Assembly (NCBI RefSeq): GCF_044704955.1
Contig: NC_091995.1
Location: forward strand, 15,934,001 to 15,998,000
Origin: Pristiophorus japonicus
Lineage: Eukaryota
Direction of reading: 5' to 3'
Length of the DNA stretch: 64,000 nt
Made by a program: the position numbers and the translations under genes. Below are positions 38,401 to 50,750 of the stretch, piece by piece. Each line of letters opens with the position of its first letter. Within the stretch, counting starts at the first letter, position 1. The notes under the pieces were generated by a model. That model was given only the letters and a program-made list of their open reading frames with translations. It was not told the origin of the DNA and did no database searches.

Positions 38401-38541
38401 GTGGAAACGGCAGCAACAAGGAACATTCTTCTAGTATTTCAAAGAGCAACTGGATAATTTTGTCTTCAGTGTTGGGGCTCATTGTATTGGTGCTGATCCA
38501 TATCGCAGTTCTTGCCGCCTGCCACTTCTGCAAGCAGCGAG
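38401..38541 (+). CDS. NCR3: Gene B stalk + transmembrane exon
   Basis: Acceptor ttctacacag|, donor G|gtaact. Encodes GGNGSNKEHSSSISKSNWIILSSVLGLIVLVLIHIAVLAACHFCKQR: a hydrophobic span with no Lys/Arg, followed by basic stop-transfer residues. Confidence 0.85.
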
Positions 38542-39229
38542 GTAACTCTACTCAATTTGGTATCGTGGCGATGTGAATAAACCTGTTTGGTGTTAAATGC
38601 AGCCTTGGGTTTCAATGCATGAAATATTTCTGCGCATTGATCACATAATTTCACAAAGAAAAAGAAAATGTGCATCATTCTGTCCTCCTTCTGTGCTGTA
38701 TCATCTATATCAAGCATTTCAGGGTATGATGATGTCACAAAGCTGTTAACAACCAATCAAATAGTTTTGAAGTACACTCACTGTTGCACTATGGGGCACT
38801 CAGCACTGCAAGATCTCATAATAAGTACTGTGATAACAACCAGGCAATTTGATTTTGTGAAATTGGTTTTAGGATCATTCTTGGTTGCCACACTAATGGG
38901 AACTCCCCTGCTCTTCGTCGAATTAGTGGTGTGTGTGATCTGATATGCTCAGGTAAAAGGTCCCACAGCCGCACAGCAGAAGATGCCTTGGTTTAACCTC
39001 TCAGTAGACAGACAACACCTCCGACAGTGCAGCGCTCCTTCAGCACTTCATGTTTTGTGTTTCAGCTTCTAGAGTGAGAATTGAACCCACAGCCCTCTGA
39101 CTCACAGGCAAGTGCCTCTGAGAAATGATTGATAGTGGCCACCGTCCATTGTGGAATAATGAGAAGCTGACAGCCATGTTAGTCTTTCAGATAAACTCGT
39201 AAATCAGTAGTAGATAAGACTTTTACAAG

Positions 39230-39950
39230 TAACATAAAATAGAATTCAAAAGTCTTCTATAGGCATATAAATGTAAACGGGTAGTAAGAGGAGGGTTGGG
39301 GAAGATTAGGGACCAAAAAGGAAACATACGCATGGAGGCAGAGGTACTAAATGAGTGCTTTGCATCTCTCTTCACTAATGAAGAAGATCGTGCCAAAGTC
39401 ATAGTGAAAGAAGAGGCAGTGAAGGTACTGGATGGAAAACAATTGATAAAGAGGAGGCACTGGAATGGTTGGCTATAGTTATAGTAGATAAGTCACAAGG
39501 ACTGCATAGGAAGTATCCTAAGAAGCCGAGGGAAGTTCTTGAGGAAATCGCGGATGTACTGTCCATAACAATCCAATCCTTCTTACAAACAAGAGAACTG
39601 CAAAAGTAGCACCCTTGTTCAAACAAGATATACCCAGCAATTGCAGGCCAGTTCGTTTAACCTTCATAGTGGCGTAGCTTTTAGAAATAATAATCCGGGA
39701 CAAAATTAACAATCACTTGGAAGTGTGGATTAATTAAGGCAAGGCAGCACGGATTTATTTAAGGCAAATTGTGTTTAAGTTCTTCATTGGCTTTGAGACT
39801 TCCGGTGGTCGTGAAAGGCACTTTATAAATCCTAGTCTCTTTTTTTTAACTAGGTAACAGAGAGCGTTGATGAGGGTAATGTGGTTCATATAGTGTACCT
39901 GCGCCGAATGGCCTCATTCTGTACTGTAGCCATTCGATTCGATAATTCTA
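39230..39950 (+). mobile_element. Degenerate CR1 fragments
   Basis: AEVLNECFAS.FT.E tether-region motif and RT remnants. Confidence 0.65.
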
Positions 39951-40441
39951 TCTAAATGTACTTTACATTCAGACATAAACTTTTGAGGGTGCTGTCAGTG
40001 TTCCTGTTACGCGTACATAAATCATGAAGGTTTGGAGCATGATTTACTCAGTGAAACGCTATTGAGCATTTAGTGCTGAAAAAGCACAGTGTAACTGATT
40101 ACTCTAGACTAAGCATTAACCTGCAATTAACAAAAAATAGTGTTGTTCCTCATTTTGGCCTAGTCTGTTTTTTCAGCATGTAGGCACTTGCTTAATAGCA
40201 ATGTAACTGATACGTTTTTGTAATAATACCCAGTTACCATTTTATCTCTAAATACGTCATGAATTTTGGACATGATGCGCTCTACAATAGTATTTGGTTT
40301 CTTCATGTACTGTTATATTTTAGTTGTATCCCATAAAAGCTCTTGATTATGCTAATTATAATCTGTTGACTTAAAATAATTTTATTGTTCTTAATTGTTT
40401 CACTGCATAAATGTAACATTTTTACCTCAAATATTTTATAG

Positions 40442-40473
40442 ATAGAACACCAAGAAATGGAATGGAGGAACAG
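40442..40473 (+). CDS. NCR3: Gene B small cytoplasmic exon (DRTPRNGMEEQ)
   Basis: Acceptor ttttatag|, strong donor CAG|gtaagc. Its 32 nt convert phase 1 to phase 0, exactly as the last exon requires. Confidence 0.7.
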
Positions 40474-40704
40474 GTAAGCACGATATTCCAAATTAGAATT
40501 ATATTTGAGTGTATTCTTTAACAGACTGTTGTTTTGGTGCAAGTATAGGGCGAGATCTCAGCATATATGAAAGCATGGGGAACAACGACAGATTACCAGC
40601 TCCATCGCCCCAATCCTCTGCATTAGCGATTTGCCCAACGTTTAGGGTTATAGACCTAATTACAAATTCTATATTGTGTTGCAATACACAAGAGAAAAAG
40701 AGCA

Positions 40705-41220
40705 TAAAACCATAAGAAATAGGAGGAGTCGTCGGCCATGTAGATTCTCCAGCCTGCTCCGCCATTCAATAAGATCATGGTTGATCTTCGAGCCCAATTC
40801 CACTTTCCCGTCACATTCTCGTATGCTTTGATTCCCCTAGAGTCGAAAAATCTCTCGATATCCTTGAATATACTAATTAACTGAGCATCCACAGCTCTCT
40901 CGAGTAGATAATTCCAAGGATTCACAACCATTGGAGTGAAGAAATGTATCTTCATCTTATTCCTAAATGGCCGAACCACTTATCCTGAGAATATGTTCAA
41001 GACCCTTGACCCAGGAGAAACAGCCTCTCAGCATCTAGTCGATCAAGCCCTCTCAGAATCTTTTATGTTTCAATGAGATTACCTCATTCTTATAAACTCC
41101 AGAGAGTATATGCCCGTTCTATTCAATTTCTCCTCTTCGGACAACCCTCTCAACCCAGGAAACAATCTATTGAACCTTCATTGCACCCACTCTAAGGCGG
41201 GTCTATCCTTCCTTAGCTAG
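40705..41220 (-). mobile_element. CR1 3' fragment
   Basis: Reverse CR1 tail (cataagaaataggagg...) and RT C-terminus. Confidence 0.8.
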
Positions 41221-41340
41221 GATAATCGTTGACACAAAAATATTCCTGTTGTGTTATGCTACTACAGTATTCGCACTATTATAATGAGCAATAGCAACAT
41301 GTCAACGTATATTTTTCTTTAACAATTTGTTTCATTTGAG

Positions 41341-41592
41341 GGAGCTGCATCGAACACTGTTGTTTATAGTGATGTGCACTTCAAAAATAACAAAAAGCAT
41401 CGCCCTGGGAATCTCAACAAGGATCAACGTGCGTGTCCTGTACAGAATGAAGACACAATTGTATATGCGACATTGGGGCCTCTTAATGAAAAAAGGAATA
41501 AGAAGAAAAGAAGACCTCCAAATGAAGCAGAAGAACCGGCTGTATATGGCAAAATTCGGATTCCGGAATATAATGGTGCCTCGGGCATGTGA
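41341..41592 (+). CDS. NCR3: Gene B terminal cytoplasmic exon with ITIMs
   Basis: T-rich tract then ttgag| acceptor, phase 0. Encodes GAASNTVVYSDVHFKNNKKH...TIVYATLGP...PAVYGKIRIPEYNGASGM*, in frame with ORF 41374-41592. Confidence 0.83.
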   Translation, partial: GAASNTVVYSDVHFKNNKKHRPGNLNKDQRACPVQNEDTIVYATLGPLNEKRNKKKRRPPNEAEEPAVYGKIRIPEYNGASGM

Positions 41593-42569
41593 GATCCTGA
41601 AATTGAGTATGATTTCATGCGCTATCCTGGAGATATTGAGCAATAGGTTTCATTCCAGCCTATAAATCCCCCGAGAAAGAATGTCAATGAATATGTGTGT
41701 GCCTCAGTTAAGGTGTGGAATCTAGTCTTTGCTCTGAGAAATAATTGCAAATTTAAGTATGGATGGGCAGTGACAGTGCGAAGGGTTATTGCCTGACTTC
41801 CAGATACATGCCTCATTCCTAAGAAGAATAAACATGTTGTCGGCTTATGCTGTAAATATAACCATATATGCGCAGTTAATTGCGGAAATCCAGATGTTGG
41901 TGTCCAAGATTTCCTATTCCTCCAATGGCTTCCTGAAGCCGGCATCTCGCCGTCTGACTCCACATTTAAATGCATTGAAATGCATGAAGTTGGTGTACTT
42001 ACCGCGTAGATACAAACTAAACTGGTAAAAAAAAGTTAGAGCTTGTTCATTCCCGTCTAAGAACTCTTTTAACGATGTGATAACAACATCGCTGGCATTG
42101 AAAATTATTTACAGATATGGAGTCTCATTCATTTGAATTATTGTTGGAGATCTATTCTTTTTAGAAAAGATTACTATTTTTTACTTTTTCTTTTGGTCTT
42201 GTTTACCTCACTCGCTTAACAACATCTTTCTTTCCCTCTCTTTATTTCACTTTCTGTACCTGATTTGGCATTGATTTCAACATTTCAATTGACACTTCCT
42301 GGTTCAGACTCTGCCCTGCTCATTAACGAGTATTCAATCTGATTGGTTAAGAAGACACACAGTTGCTTCACCTGCGCACACACCTACAATGCTCTATAGA
42401 AGGTGCTGCGTTTTTTGGATGATTGGTTGACGGAAACGTGCTGTGCAGAACCCCATAGAAAGTCTATGGGCAAATGCAAGTCCAACCAACAGTGGGCACT
42501 GTTCATTTATCGCTAACAGCGGAACTGAGCATCTTAACTTGGGTTAGCACTACAATTCAGCGTACTGAT

Positions 42570-43185
42570 AGGAACATAGGAACATAGGAACATGAGTTGT
42601 CACTCAGCCCCTCGAACCTTTTCCGCCAGTCAATGAGATCATGGTTAATCTTCGATCTAACTTTCGCCCATATCCCTCAATACCTTTGTTTAACAAAAAG
42701 CTATTAATCTCAGATTTAAAATTAATAATACACCCAGCATCAATTGCCCTTTTCAGAAGAGTGTTCCAAACGTCTACCAGTCTGTGTGTATAGAAATGTA
42801 TCTTAATTACACTCTTGAAAGGTCTGGCTCTAATTTTTAGATTATAGCCCCTAGTCCAAATTTCCCAACCAGCAGAAATCGTTTCACTCCATTTACCTAT
42901 CTGGTCCCCTGAATATCCTGAAAACTTCGATAAGATCACCCCTTAACCATCTAAATTCTAGGGAATAAAACCTTAATTTGTTTAATCGCTCCTCGTAACT
43001 TAACACTTAAAGTCCGAGATTTCATTCTGGTAAACCTATGCTGCATTCCCTCCAAGACCAATAAATCCTTCCTAAGGTGTGGTGGCCAGAAGTGCTCACA
43101 GTACTGATGTGATCTAACCAGGGTTTTGTACAGCTGCAGCATAACTTCTACCCCCTTGTACACTAGTCCGCTAAATATAAACGAG
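42570..43185 (-). mobile_element. CR1 3' fragment
   Basis: (aggaacat)n tail; ORFs 42604-42939 and 42951-43163. Confidence 0.82.
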
Positions 43186-43624
43186 CTGGGATGAATGTCT
43201 AGATGCCAATAGTTCCATGGGATATTTCACATCCACCTGAGGGGACCGATTTAACGTCTAATCTGAAAGACTTCACCTCAGAAAGTGTAGCACTCCCTCA
43301 ATACTGCACTGGAAGTGTAAGCCTAGATTTTTGCATTCAAGACGAGTTAACTCGGCATAGAACAGGGTTATCATATGGTACCATCTGGTCTTTATAGCTC
43401 ATTACTGCAACGTACAATGTGTCCACTCACTATGCTATTGGCAAGCTTAAATTGTACTTAACAAAATAGAACTTAGTAAGTTTGTCCACCCACGTGGTGG
43501 CCCTCTTAATGTTTCTCCTAGGATTGTTTCCTATTTCGCATCATTCATATATTAAAGTTTCTCACTCTTGTATAAGGATTTAGTGTCGCACTCATTCATT
43601 TCGTAGATGTCAACTAGTAATAAA

Positions 43625-44854
43625 GGGGGCGATTTTCGACGGCTCATTCGGGTGCTAAAGACTCTCTGAGAAAGATGAGGCTTTGCGCTGAAATGACGGT
43701 TAGGCTGTGTTTAGTGCAAGATGGAATGTTGGTAAAAGAGTTAAAGCCAGCACTAGGAGGCTTGTCAAACAGCTCATTGCCACTTAAATTGCCTGCTACC
43801 GCTCATTAAGGAGGTTGCATGTCATTTTGATGGCTAGTGCTTGACCTAAATCTTGCTCCTAACAGAGACCCGCTAATCGGGAGTAAACAAGTTATTGCAC
43901 AAGATTTCGAGTGCTACTTAAACATGTGAACATAAGAACATAAGAAATCGGAGCAGGAGTAGGCCATACGGCCCGTCAAGCCTGTTCTGCCTTTCCATAA
44001 GATTATGGCTGAACAGCGACCTTAACTCCACTTTTCCACCTGATGTCCATATCCCTTAATTTCCCTAGACACCAAAAATCTATCTATCTCAACCTTGAAT
44101 ATATACAGAGATGCAGCATCCACAGCCCTCTGGGGCAGAGAATTCCAGGAATATCAACTTTTATTGTTCACTTGCTGCTGGAGGTTTGAAGAGGACTTTT
44201 GAAACATTAGGATACTTTTTCAAGACTTTAATAAGACACGAGCAACATTAATTCCTGAAATTCTCTGAAGACTACCTCTAAAAAGATTAAGTGCTGTGCT
44301 ACCATACCTTAATAGAATTCATCAGGAGAAAGTCAGTGCTTGGTCATCATCATCTTGCTAGGGGTCTCCCTTGATCTGCAGGAAGAATAGGAGGTGGGCA
44401 TAAGGCCAGGCAGAGCAGCACCAGCTGCAGCAGGAGAGAGGGATAGGAGAGACAGGGGAGCAAGGTGCATTTTCCCCTGTGGGTGCAGGACATCCCTCCT
44501 CCTCTGGATCTCCACCAGCGCCGCCATTTTCACGTCCGAAAACTTGTGCACCCTCTGCCTCTGTCCCTGAATCATTCCGAAACGTGCCACTATGTATCAG
44601 CCAGAGCACTCTACAATTCCAGTAGAAGGTGGTATGTCGATCTCACATATATTATTTCACGAAAATTGTGTCTATTCTGCACTTGAGTGCTAAGCCTGCA
44701 GGTGTCTCTGCTTTAGCACCTCCAGGCAAGTTCAAATTATGTTAATCAGCAATTAGGACCAAAATTGTGAGCTAAATCCAGATTTTCAAACAGGCGTGCC
44801 TTATTAGCACAGCCATTCAGTGCCTGTTTACAACCTTTCTCCAAAATAACCCCC
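43625..44854 (-). mobile_element. Non-autonomous PIF/Harbinger-like DNA transposon with a Myb/SANT remnant (CR1 tail nested at ~43928-44150)
   Basis: Imperfect TIRs GGGGGCGATTTT / AAAATAACCCCC, 3-bp AAA flanks, and minus-strand RQRVHKFSDVKMAALVEIQRRRDVLHP resembling a Harbinger Myb-like protein N-terminus. Confidence 0.55.
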
Positions 44855-45469
44855 AAAGAGTAGAATTTAATGGTCAAATCTTTATTTGGGTTAAACTATA
44901 TGAGCATAATCAAACATGGTTAGACTTATTAAAACAAGCCATTGGCAAGATCAAGAAACAAATGAACATTTTGTTTTATTATGTAACATCGCACTGAGAT
45001 ATTTTGTTTCCTAAATTATTCATAACTAATTTAGTTCTGCTTTTTGATCAAAAAGCGAACAAATTAACCATCAGATTAACAATTTAGGGATGCAGTTTAA
45101 GACAGAATATGCAGGTCTTTGAAATCTAGGCTTCTTCAAGGTATCCACAGTGTAAATAACTCAAATCATCACTGGTGACATCAAGGATACAACTTATAAG
45201 TGTTAGTTGTAACCTGGTTGCATATATTAATGTCCTGAATCGAATTTGTACCGTTGCTTGTTCCACATGGCAAGTACTCAGCCATTTCTTCCTTGTACAT
45301 TTTTTGCTAATTATTAGTCCCACTTCATTCCACTTCCTTGTTTGAAAGAATCGAAGAAAAGGAAAGTTACAGATTTATCAGTTCATGAATTATAATCTAC
45401 TAACGATTACACTGATAAATGTAAATGGCATGGAACAAAATTGATCACAATCATTGTAATAAAATGATA

Positions 45470-46070
45470 ATACAAGGACAAGAAGCTTATGCTTAAACTG
45501 TATAAAACACTGGTTAGGCTGCGGCTGGAGGACTGTGTGCAGTTCTGGTCACCACATTACAGTAACATGTGATTGCAGTGGAAAGGATGCAGAGGAGATT
45601 TACTAGAATGTTGCCTGGACTGGAACATTTTGGCTATGAGGAAAGATTGGAGAAGCTGCGGCTGTTTTCTTTGGAACAGAGGAGGCTGAGGGGAGACCTG
45701 ATCGAGGTGTATGAAATTATGAGAGGCCTGGAAAGTGTGGATGGGAAGGGCCTATTTCCCTTAGCAGAGGGGTCAACAACCATGGAGCATAGATTAAAGT
45801 AATTGGGGGAGGTTTAAGAGGAGATACGAGGGGAAATTTATTCACCCAGAAGGTGGTGGGGGTCTGGAACTCGCTGCCTGAAAGGATGGTACTGGCAGAA
45901 GCCTTACCACATTTAAAAAATAATTGGATGTGCAATTAAAGTGCTGTAATATACAGGGCTACGGACCAAACGCTGGAAAGTGGTATTAGGCTGGATAGCT
46001 CTTGGTCGACTGGCAAGGACACGATGGGTCGAAATGGCCTCCTCCATGCTGTAAATTTATATGATACTAT
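45470..46070 (+). mobile_element. CR1 3' fragment
   Basis: QRRFTRMLPGL...LFSLEQRRLRGDLIEVY. Confidence 0.85.
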
Positions 46071-46140
46071 CTCGGCTATAAATCGCATTTATTTACTATT
46101 AAGTTAATAACGTGTCAACAGTTGATTGATCATAGAAAAT

Positions 46141-46832
46141 GGCCTGGAAATTGCGATCGGTGGTGTACCTCCAGATTTATAAAATTTAGAGAATTGCTTC
46201 CTGGCGCCCAGGCTGTGAAGAGGTGCAGTCTCAGACCTTGAGGCAGAGGGCAACATAATGTCACATGGATCCCAGGGACGCAGGCAGTCTGAAGAGTACC
46301 TGCACTCACGTGGGCCCGGTCCTCCAAAGGAGAATTCCATTGCAATCATTTACGAAGGGATTCCGCCAATGATATGCAATGGAATACCGAAATGTGAACA
46401 TTATACAATTTGAATTGTAATCAATTTACAAACTCCATAAAACTTTTTTTTAATAATAATTTCGCACATGAATAAAACTGTAACCGGGCAAATATTTACA
46501 ACTGCATTCAATAAAGGGTATGTGCATAATTTTGGAAATGTAAATATGCAACTTAAGGCTTAGATATCCCCGAATGCCTGCGTGCATCAACCACAACACT
46601 TCTGTGGGCAAATGCTGGCCAGTCGCTGAGGAAATAGCCCAACTCTGCACCAGTATTACTTAGGTTCCAGGTAGTTTGGGTGATCTGTTAAGGCATACCT
46701 TGACAGATTGCAAGTTCTGGACTTTTTGCATGTGCAAGCGAAAGCGGAAATCCGGAACTTCTGTGACATTTCAAAGTGAATATGCCAGCATACTCAGAGT
46801 ATGTAATCGAAGACGGTGAAATTTCAGGGCCA
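46141..46832. mobile_element. MITE-like TIR element
   Basis: Termini ggcctggaaatt / aatttcagggcc; internal sequence homologous (inverted) to 51259-51918. Confidence 0.5.
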
Positions 46833-47569
46833 ATCTTTCTTTACTCCTGATTTTAAAAAATACCTTTGTGTTGAAGAGGTTAAATTACAAGCAGTATGCG
46901 CTGCAAAAGTCAAAATAATAATTTCACCATATAGGAAAAATGGCTGCATTTTTTACAAGACAATCCCGTTGATAGTACTTAATGACATCACAAAACATGA
47001 AAACAAAACGTAGGTGGATTATTATCAATGGAAGGTAAGTTTGTTAACCATTATGAGGAATAAATTATTCGGTGGTGAAAGACTACAGTTGAAGGTAGTC
47101 ACCTCGCTGAAGTGATCAATTGCTGAGATTTGGCGGTTAATAATATAGCCGAGATCTGAATTGGAATAACGGTTCTTCAGATCTAGTGCTGAAACATAGC
47201 TCCCTGTAATTGTACATGGAGATTGAATTGGCTGCTTCGTTCAGAGTTTTTCACTGGCAGAAACGAGAACGTCAACCTTTGAATATGGTTTCTTTCGAAG
47301 ATGCTGTTAAGCCCCATTGATGGGAAACTGTACAGTCTATCAATGCCCATAGATTGTGCTGCACCTCACGTGGAAGTGCTTGATTTGCACAATGAATGCA
47401 TGAAACGGGCCTCATTGTACAGCTGTGCCGTTCCTTGTGTTGTTGAGAAGAAGCAGTTATCAAAAAGTGACACGGAAAATTCGAAGTATAACTATGTGTA
47501 GTAATTTTAGGCGAATACTGGCAAATGCCTCGTTAGATGAATGTGTCCTCTGTCAGACCTGTAATTATC

Positions 47570-48500
47570 TGTGGTGTACATCAATGATGTAGATTTCAAT
47601 GTAGGGGGCATGATTAAGAAGTTTGCAGATGATACAAAAATTAGCCATGAGGTTGATAGTGAGAAAGAAAGCTGTAGGCTGCAGAAAGATATCAATGAAC
47701 TGGTCAGGTGAGCAGAAAAGTGGCAAATGGAATTCAATCCGGAGAAGAGTGAGGTAAGTACATTTGCAGAGGGCTAACAAGGTAAGGGAATCCAAAATAC
47801 ATGGTAGGATACTGAGAAGTGTAGAGGAACAGAGAGATCTTGGAGTGCATGACCACAGATTCCTGAAGTTAGCAGGACAGGGAGATAAGGTGGTTAAGAA
47901 GGCATACTGGATATTAGCCGAAGGGATAGAAGATAAGAGCAGGGAGGTTATGCTTGAACTCTACAAAACTCTAGTCAGACCATAGCTAGAGTACTGCGTG
48001 CAGTTCTGGTCACTACATTACAGAAAAGATGTGACTGCACTGATGAGGATACAGAGAGATTTATGAGGATGTTGCCAGGACTGGAGAATTGTAGCTATGA
48101 GGAAAGATTGGATAGGGTTGTTTTCCTTTGAAGAGAGGTGATTCAGTTATATAAAATTATGAGGGCCTAGATAGAGTGGATAGGAAGGATCTATGTCCGT
48201 TAGCACAGAGGTCAATGACCAGAGGGAATAGATTTAAAGTAATTGGTAGAAGGATTAGAGGGGATTTGAGGAGAATGTTTTTCACCCAGAGGTGGCAACG
48301 GTCTGGAAACCATTGCCTGACAGGATGGAAGACGCAGAACTCTCATCACATTTTAAAAGTACTTTGATATGCACTTGAAGTGCTATAAGCTAGAGGGCTA
48401 TGGACCAAGAGCTGGAAACTGGGATTAGGTTGGATAGCTCTTTTTCGGACACAATGTGCCGAATGCCCTTTTTTTGTGCCGCAATTTGCTGTGAATCAAT
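47570..48500 (+). mobile_element. CR1 3' fragment (RT)
   Basis: YINDVD...KFADDTK, ELYKTLVRP and CR1 C-terminus. Confidence 0.85.
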
Positions 48501-49256
48501 AATGATTCTAATTGTGAAACATACTGTCTATTAAATGCAACATTTCTTAAAGAAAAAAGATTCTTCTATATGCTATATACCATACCTGAATCGCAATTTG
48601 AAGTCCACAGATTTATACATAGCTATCTGTAAAATATAACAAAGATTAGGTTATTATTATTAATAATGAAAAATGCAACATAATAACCGATCGGTTATTG
48701 CCATCGTTTTCTTACTTGTGTGTTTACAGCGGTTTTCCTTTTCATGTCAATTCGCTTACATGTCACTTCTCCCCACTCTCCTGTCTCCAGACTCCAGTCT
48801 CTCCCGGGAGAAAATTGATGTGGGTACAAATATCTCGACACAAAAGGTTGTCGCCAGTTTTGCTCTTTTACCAGCTGAAAAGTCCAAGAATTGAAAGTGC
48901 GCGGACCGGGTCAGATGAAATTTTCCTTGCCTCGGTAGAGGTCACAAATCTACATGTCCTGACACAAACTATGGCTAATACACTGATAGGTCAGCGTGAC
49001 GAGTGGTCCAGTAACCACAGTTCGTGGCTTATTGCTTTATATTAAGTGTCCATAGCCGAATTACAAAACCGGCATTTTCAATTACCTTAATAACACGGAA
49101 TGTAATTTGTTAATAGTAAAAGACTCCGATTATAAAGTTTCACGAAGATATCAAGTAACATAGAAATATACACAAGAACAATTTACGCAAAGGTACATTG
49201 TGCAATTTTCCCCATTTGTATTCACCAATTCGAATAATCACACATAGTTTTACTTT

Positions 49257-49501
49257 TTAATCCAAATGGAAACTTTTCCGCGTGTCAATTGTTTTAGATT
49301 TACACTTTCGCACGGGACACTTGCCTGTTAGCTCAACTTCCTCTTGCACTGCACCGATTGCCACGGGAGGACCTCGAGACTCGCAGAAATGCACGAGATA
49401 AATTGTTAATAGAATGAGCGCAATAAACACCGCAAGTTTCACTCCCAGTATAAACAGCTGCCAAAACATCGATTTTCCGCGCTTTTCCGGATGGTTCGTA
49501 T
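49257..49501 (-). CDS. NCR3: Gene C TM + tail exon with Lys (activating type)
   Basis: Acceptor ctacatag|. Encodes HTNHPEKRGKSMFWQLFILGVKLAVFIALILLTIYLVHFCESRGPPVAIGAVQEEVELTGKCPVRKCKSKTIDTRKSFHLD*. No tyrosine motif in the tail. Confidence 0.85.
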
Positions 49502-50349
49502 CTATGTAGAGTAGGGGGGCGGAAATCACTTTCAATAATTACTTTCTTTATCAGCCATACACTACAGTTATTCGTAGTAGATATCTAGTTAGGTCGTAAT
49601 GATTCCTATTGTTTTTCCTCTAGTTCGACTTGATTCGTGACGTCGACTTTCTCTATCTTTCCCAATGAAGGCAGATATGAAGTAATCATTTTAAAACCTG
49701 GCCCCAGGTTTTAGAATCGCTGCTCTCATCCTTCTTTCAATGATACGTTAAATACCGCCTGCTCTCTCAGGTGGACAAAAAAAGAGCAGGGGAGTACTCC
49801 CCGATATCCTGGCCAACATTTATCCCTCAACTAACATCACTAAATCAGATAATTTGGTCATTATTACATTATTTGTGTGAGCTTTTTTTTATTCATGCAA
49901 GGGATGTGGGCATTGCCAGCAAGGCCAGCATTTATTGCCCATCCATAATAGCCCTCGAGAAGGTGATGGTGAGCCGCCTTCTTGAATACAACGGAGTGGC
50001 TTGCTTGGCCATTTCAGAGGGCAGTTAAGAGTCAACCAAGTATAGGCCAGACAGGGTAAGGACGACAGATTTGCTTCCCTGCAGGAAAGCAGTGAACGAG
50101 ACGGGTTTTTAACAACAATCTGGTAATTTTATGCCCATCATTTTTGATACTAGCTTTTTATTCCATTTATTTAAACATTTGAATGAAAATTCCTCCAACT
50201 ACCATGGTGAGATTTGAAATCATATCCCTGTGATTATTAGTCAAAGCCTACTGGATTACTAGTCTAGTAACATAACCACTATGCTACTGTTCCCCATTTC
50301 CTGTGCACACATTGGCTGTTGCGTTTCCTACATTATAGCAGTGACCACA

Positions 50350-50750
50350 TTTAGAGCAGAGAAGATTGAGAGGAGATTTGATAAAGGTGTTCAAAACCAT
50401 GAGAGGTCTAGACAGAGTAGAAAGAGAGAAACTGTTTCCATTGGCGGAGGGGTCCAGATTCAGAGGGGACAGATATAATTTGATTGGCAGAAGAACCAAA
50501 GGCGATATGAGGAAAAACTATTTTATGCAGTGAGTGGTTAGGATCCGGAATGTACTGGCAAAGGGTGGTGGAGGTAGACTCAATCGGCTTGCAAAAGGGA
50601 ACTGGATAAGGAGCTGAAGGAAAAAAGAAATGTAGGGCCACGGGGAAAGGACAAGGGAAATGGGACGAGCTGACGTGTTCTTGCAGAGTCAGCACGGGCT
50701 CGACGGGCTGAATGGCCTCCCTCTGTGCTGCAACTATTCGACGATTCTAT
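50350..50750 (+). mobile_element. CR1 3' fragment nested in a DeuSINE
   Basis: EQRRLRGDLIKVFK and attctat tail; DeuSINE sequence on both sides. Confidence 0.75.

Larger units (their letters stand above)
25707..38446 (+). repeat. Segmental duplication, copy 2 (5' part of gene B)
   Basis: Direct repeat of 1-11080 with substitutions and small indels. The ORF track repeats at ~25.7-kb offset. Confidence 0.95.
27953..41592 (+). other. NCR3: Gene B: NCR3/NKp30-like inhibitory (ITIM) receptor (5 coding exons; 270 aa)
   Basis: Exons 27953-27992, 35261-35608, 38401-38541, 40442-40473 and 41341-41592 join in frame (phases 1,1,1,0; 813 nt) into leader-V-stalk-TM-tail with VVYSDV, IVYATL and AVYGKI. 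Family-level symbol. Confidence 0.82.

Noticed and set aside
47301-47501. Short ORFs in unique sequence (47301-47501, 17953-18201, 48698-49045)
   Set aside because: No recognisable domain, paralogue or consistent splice context; lengths are compatible with chance.
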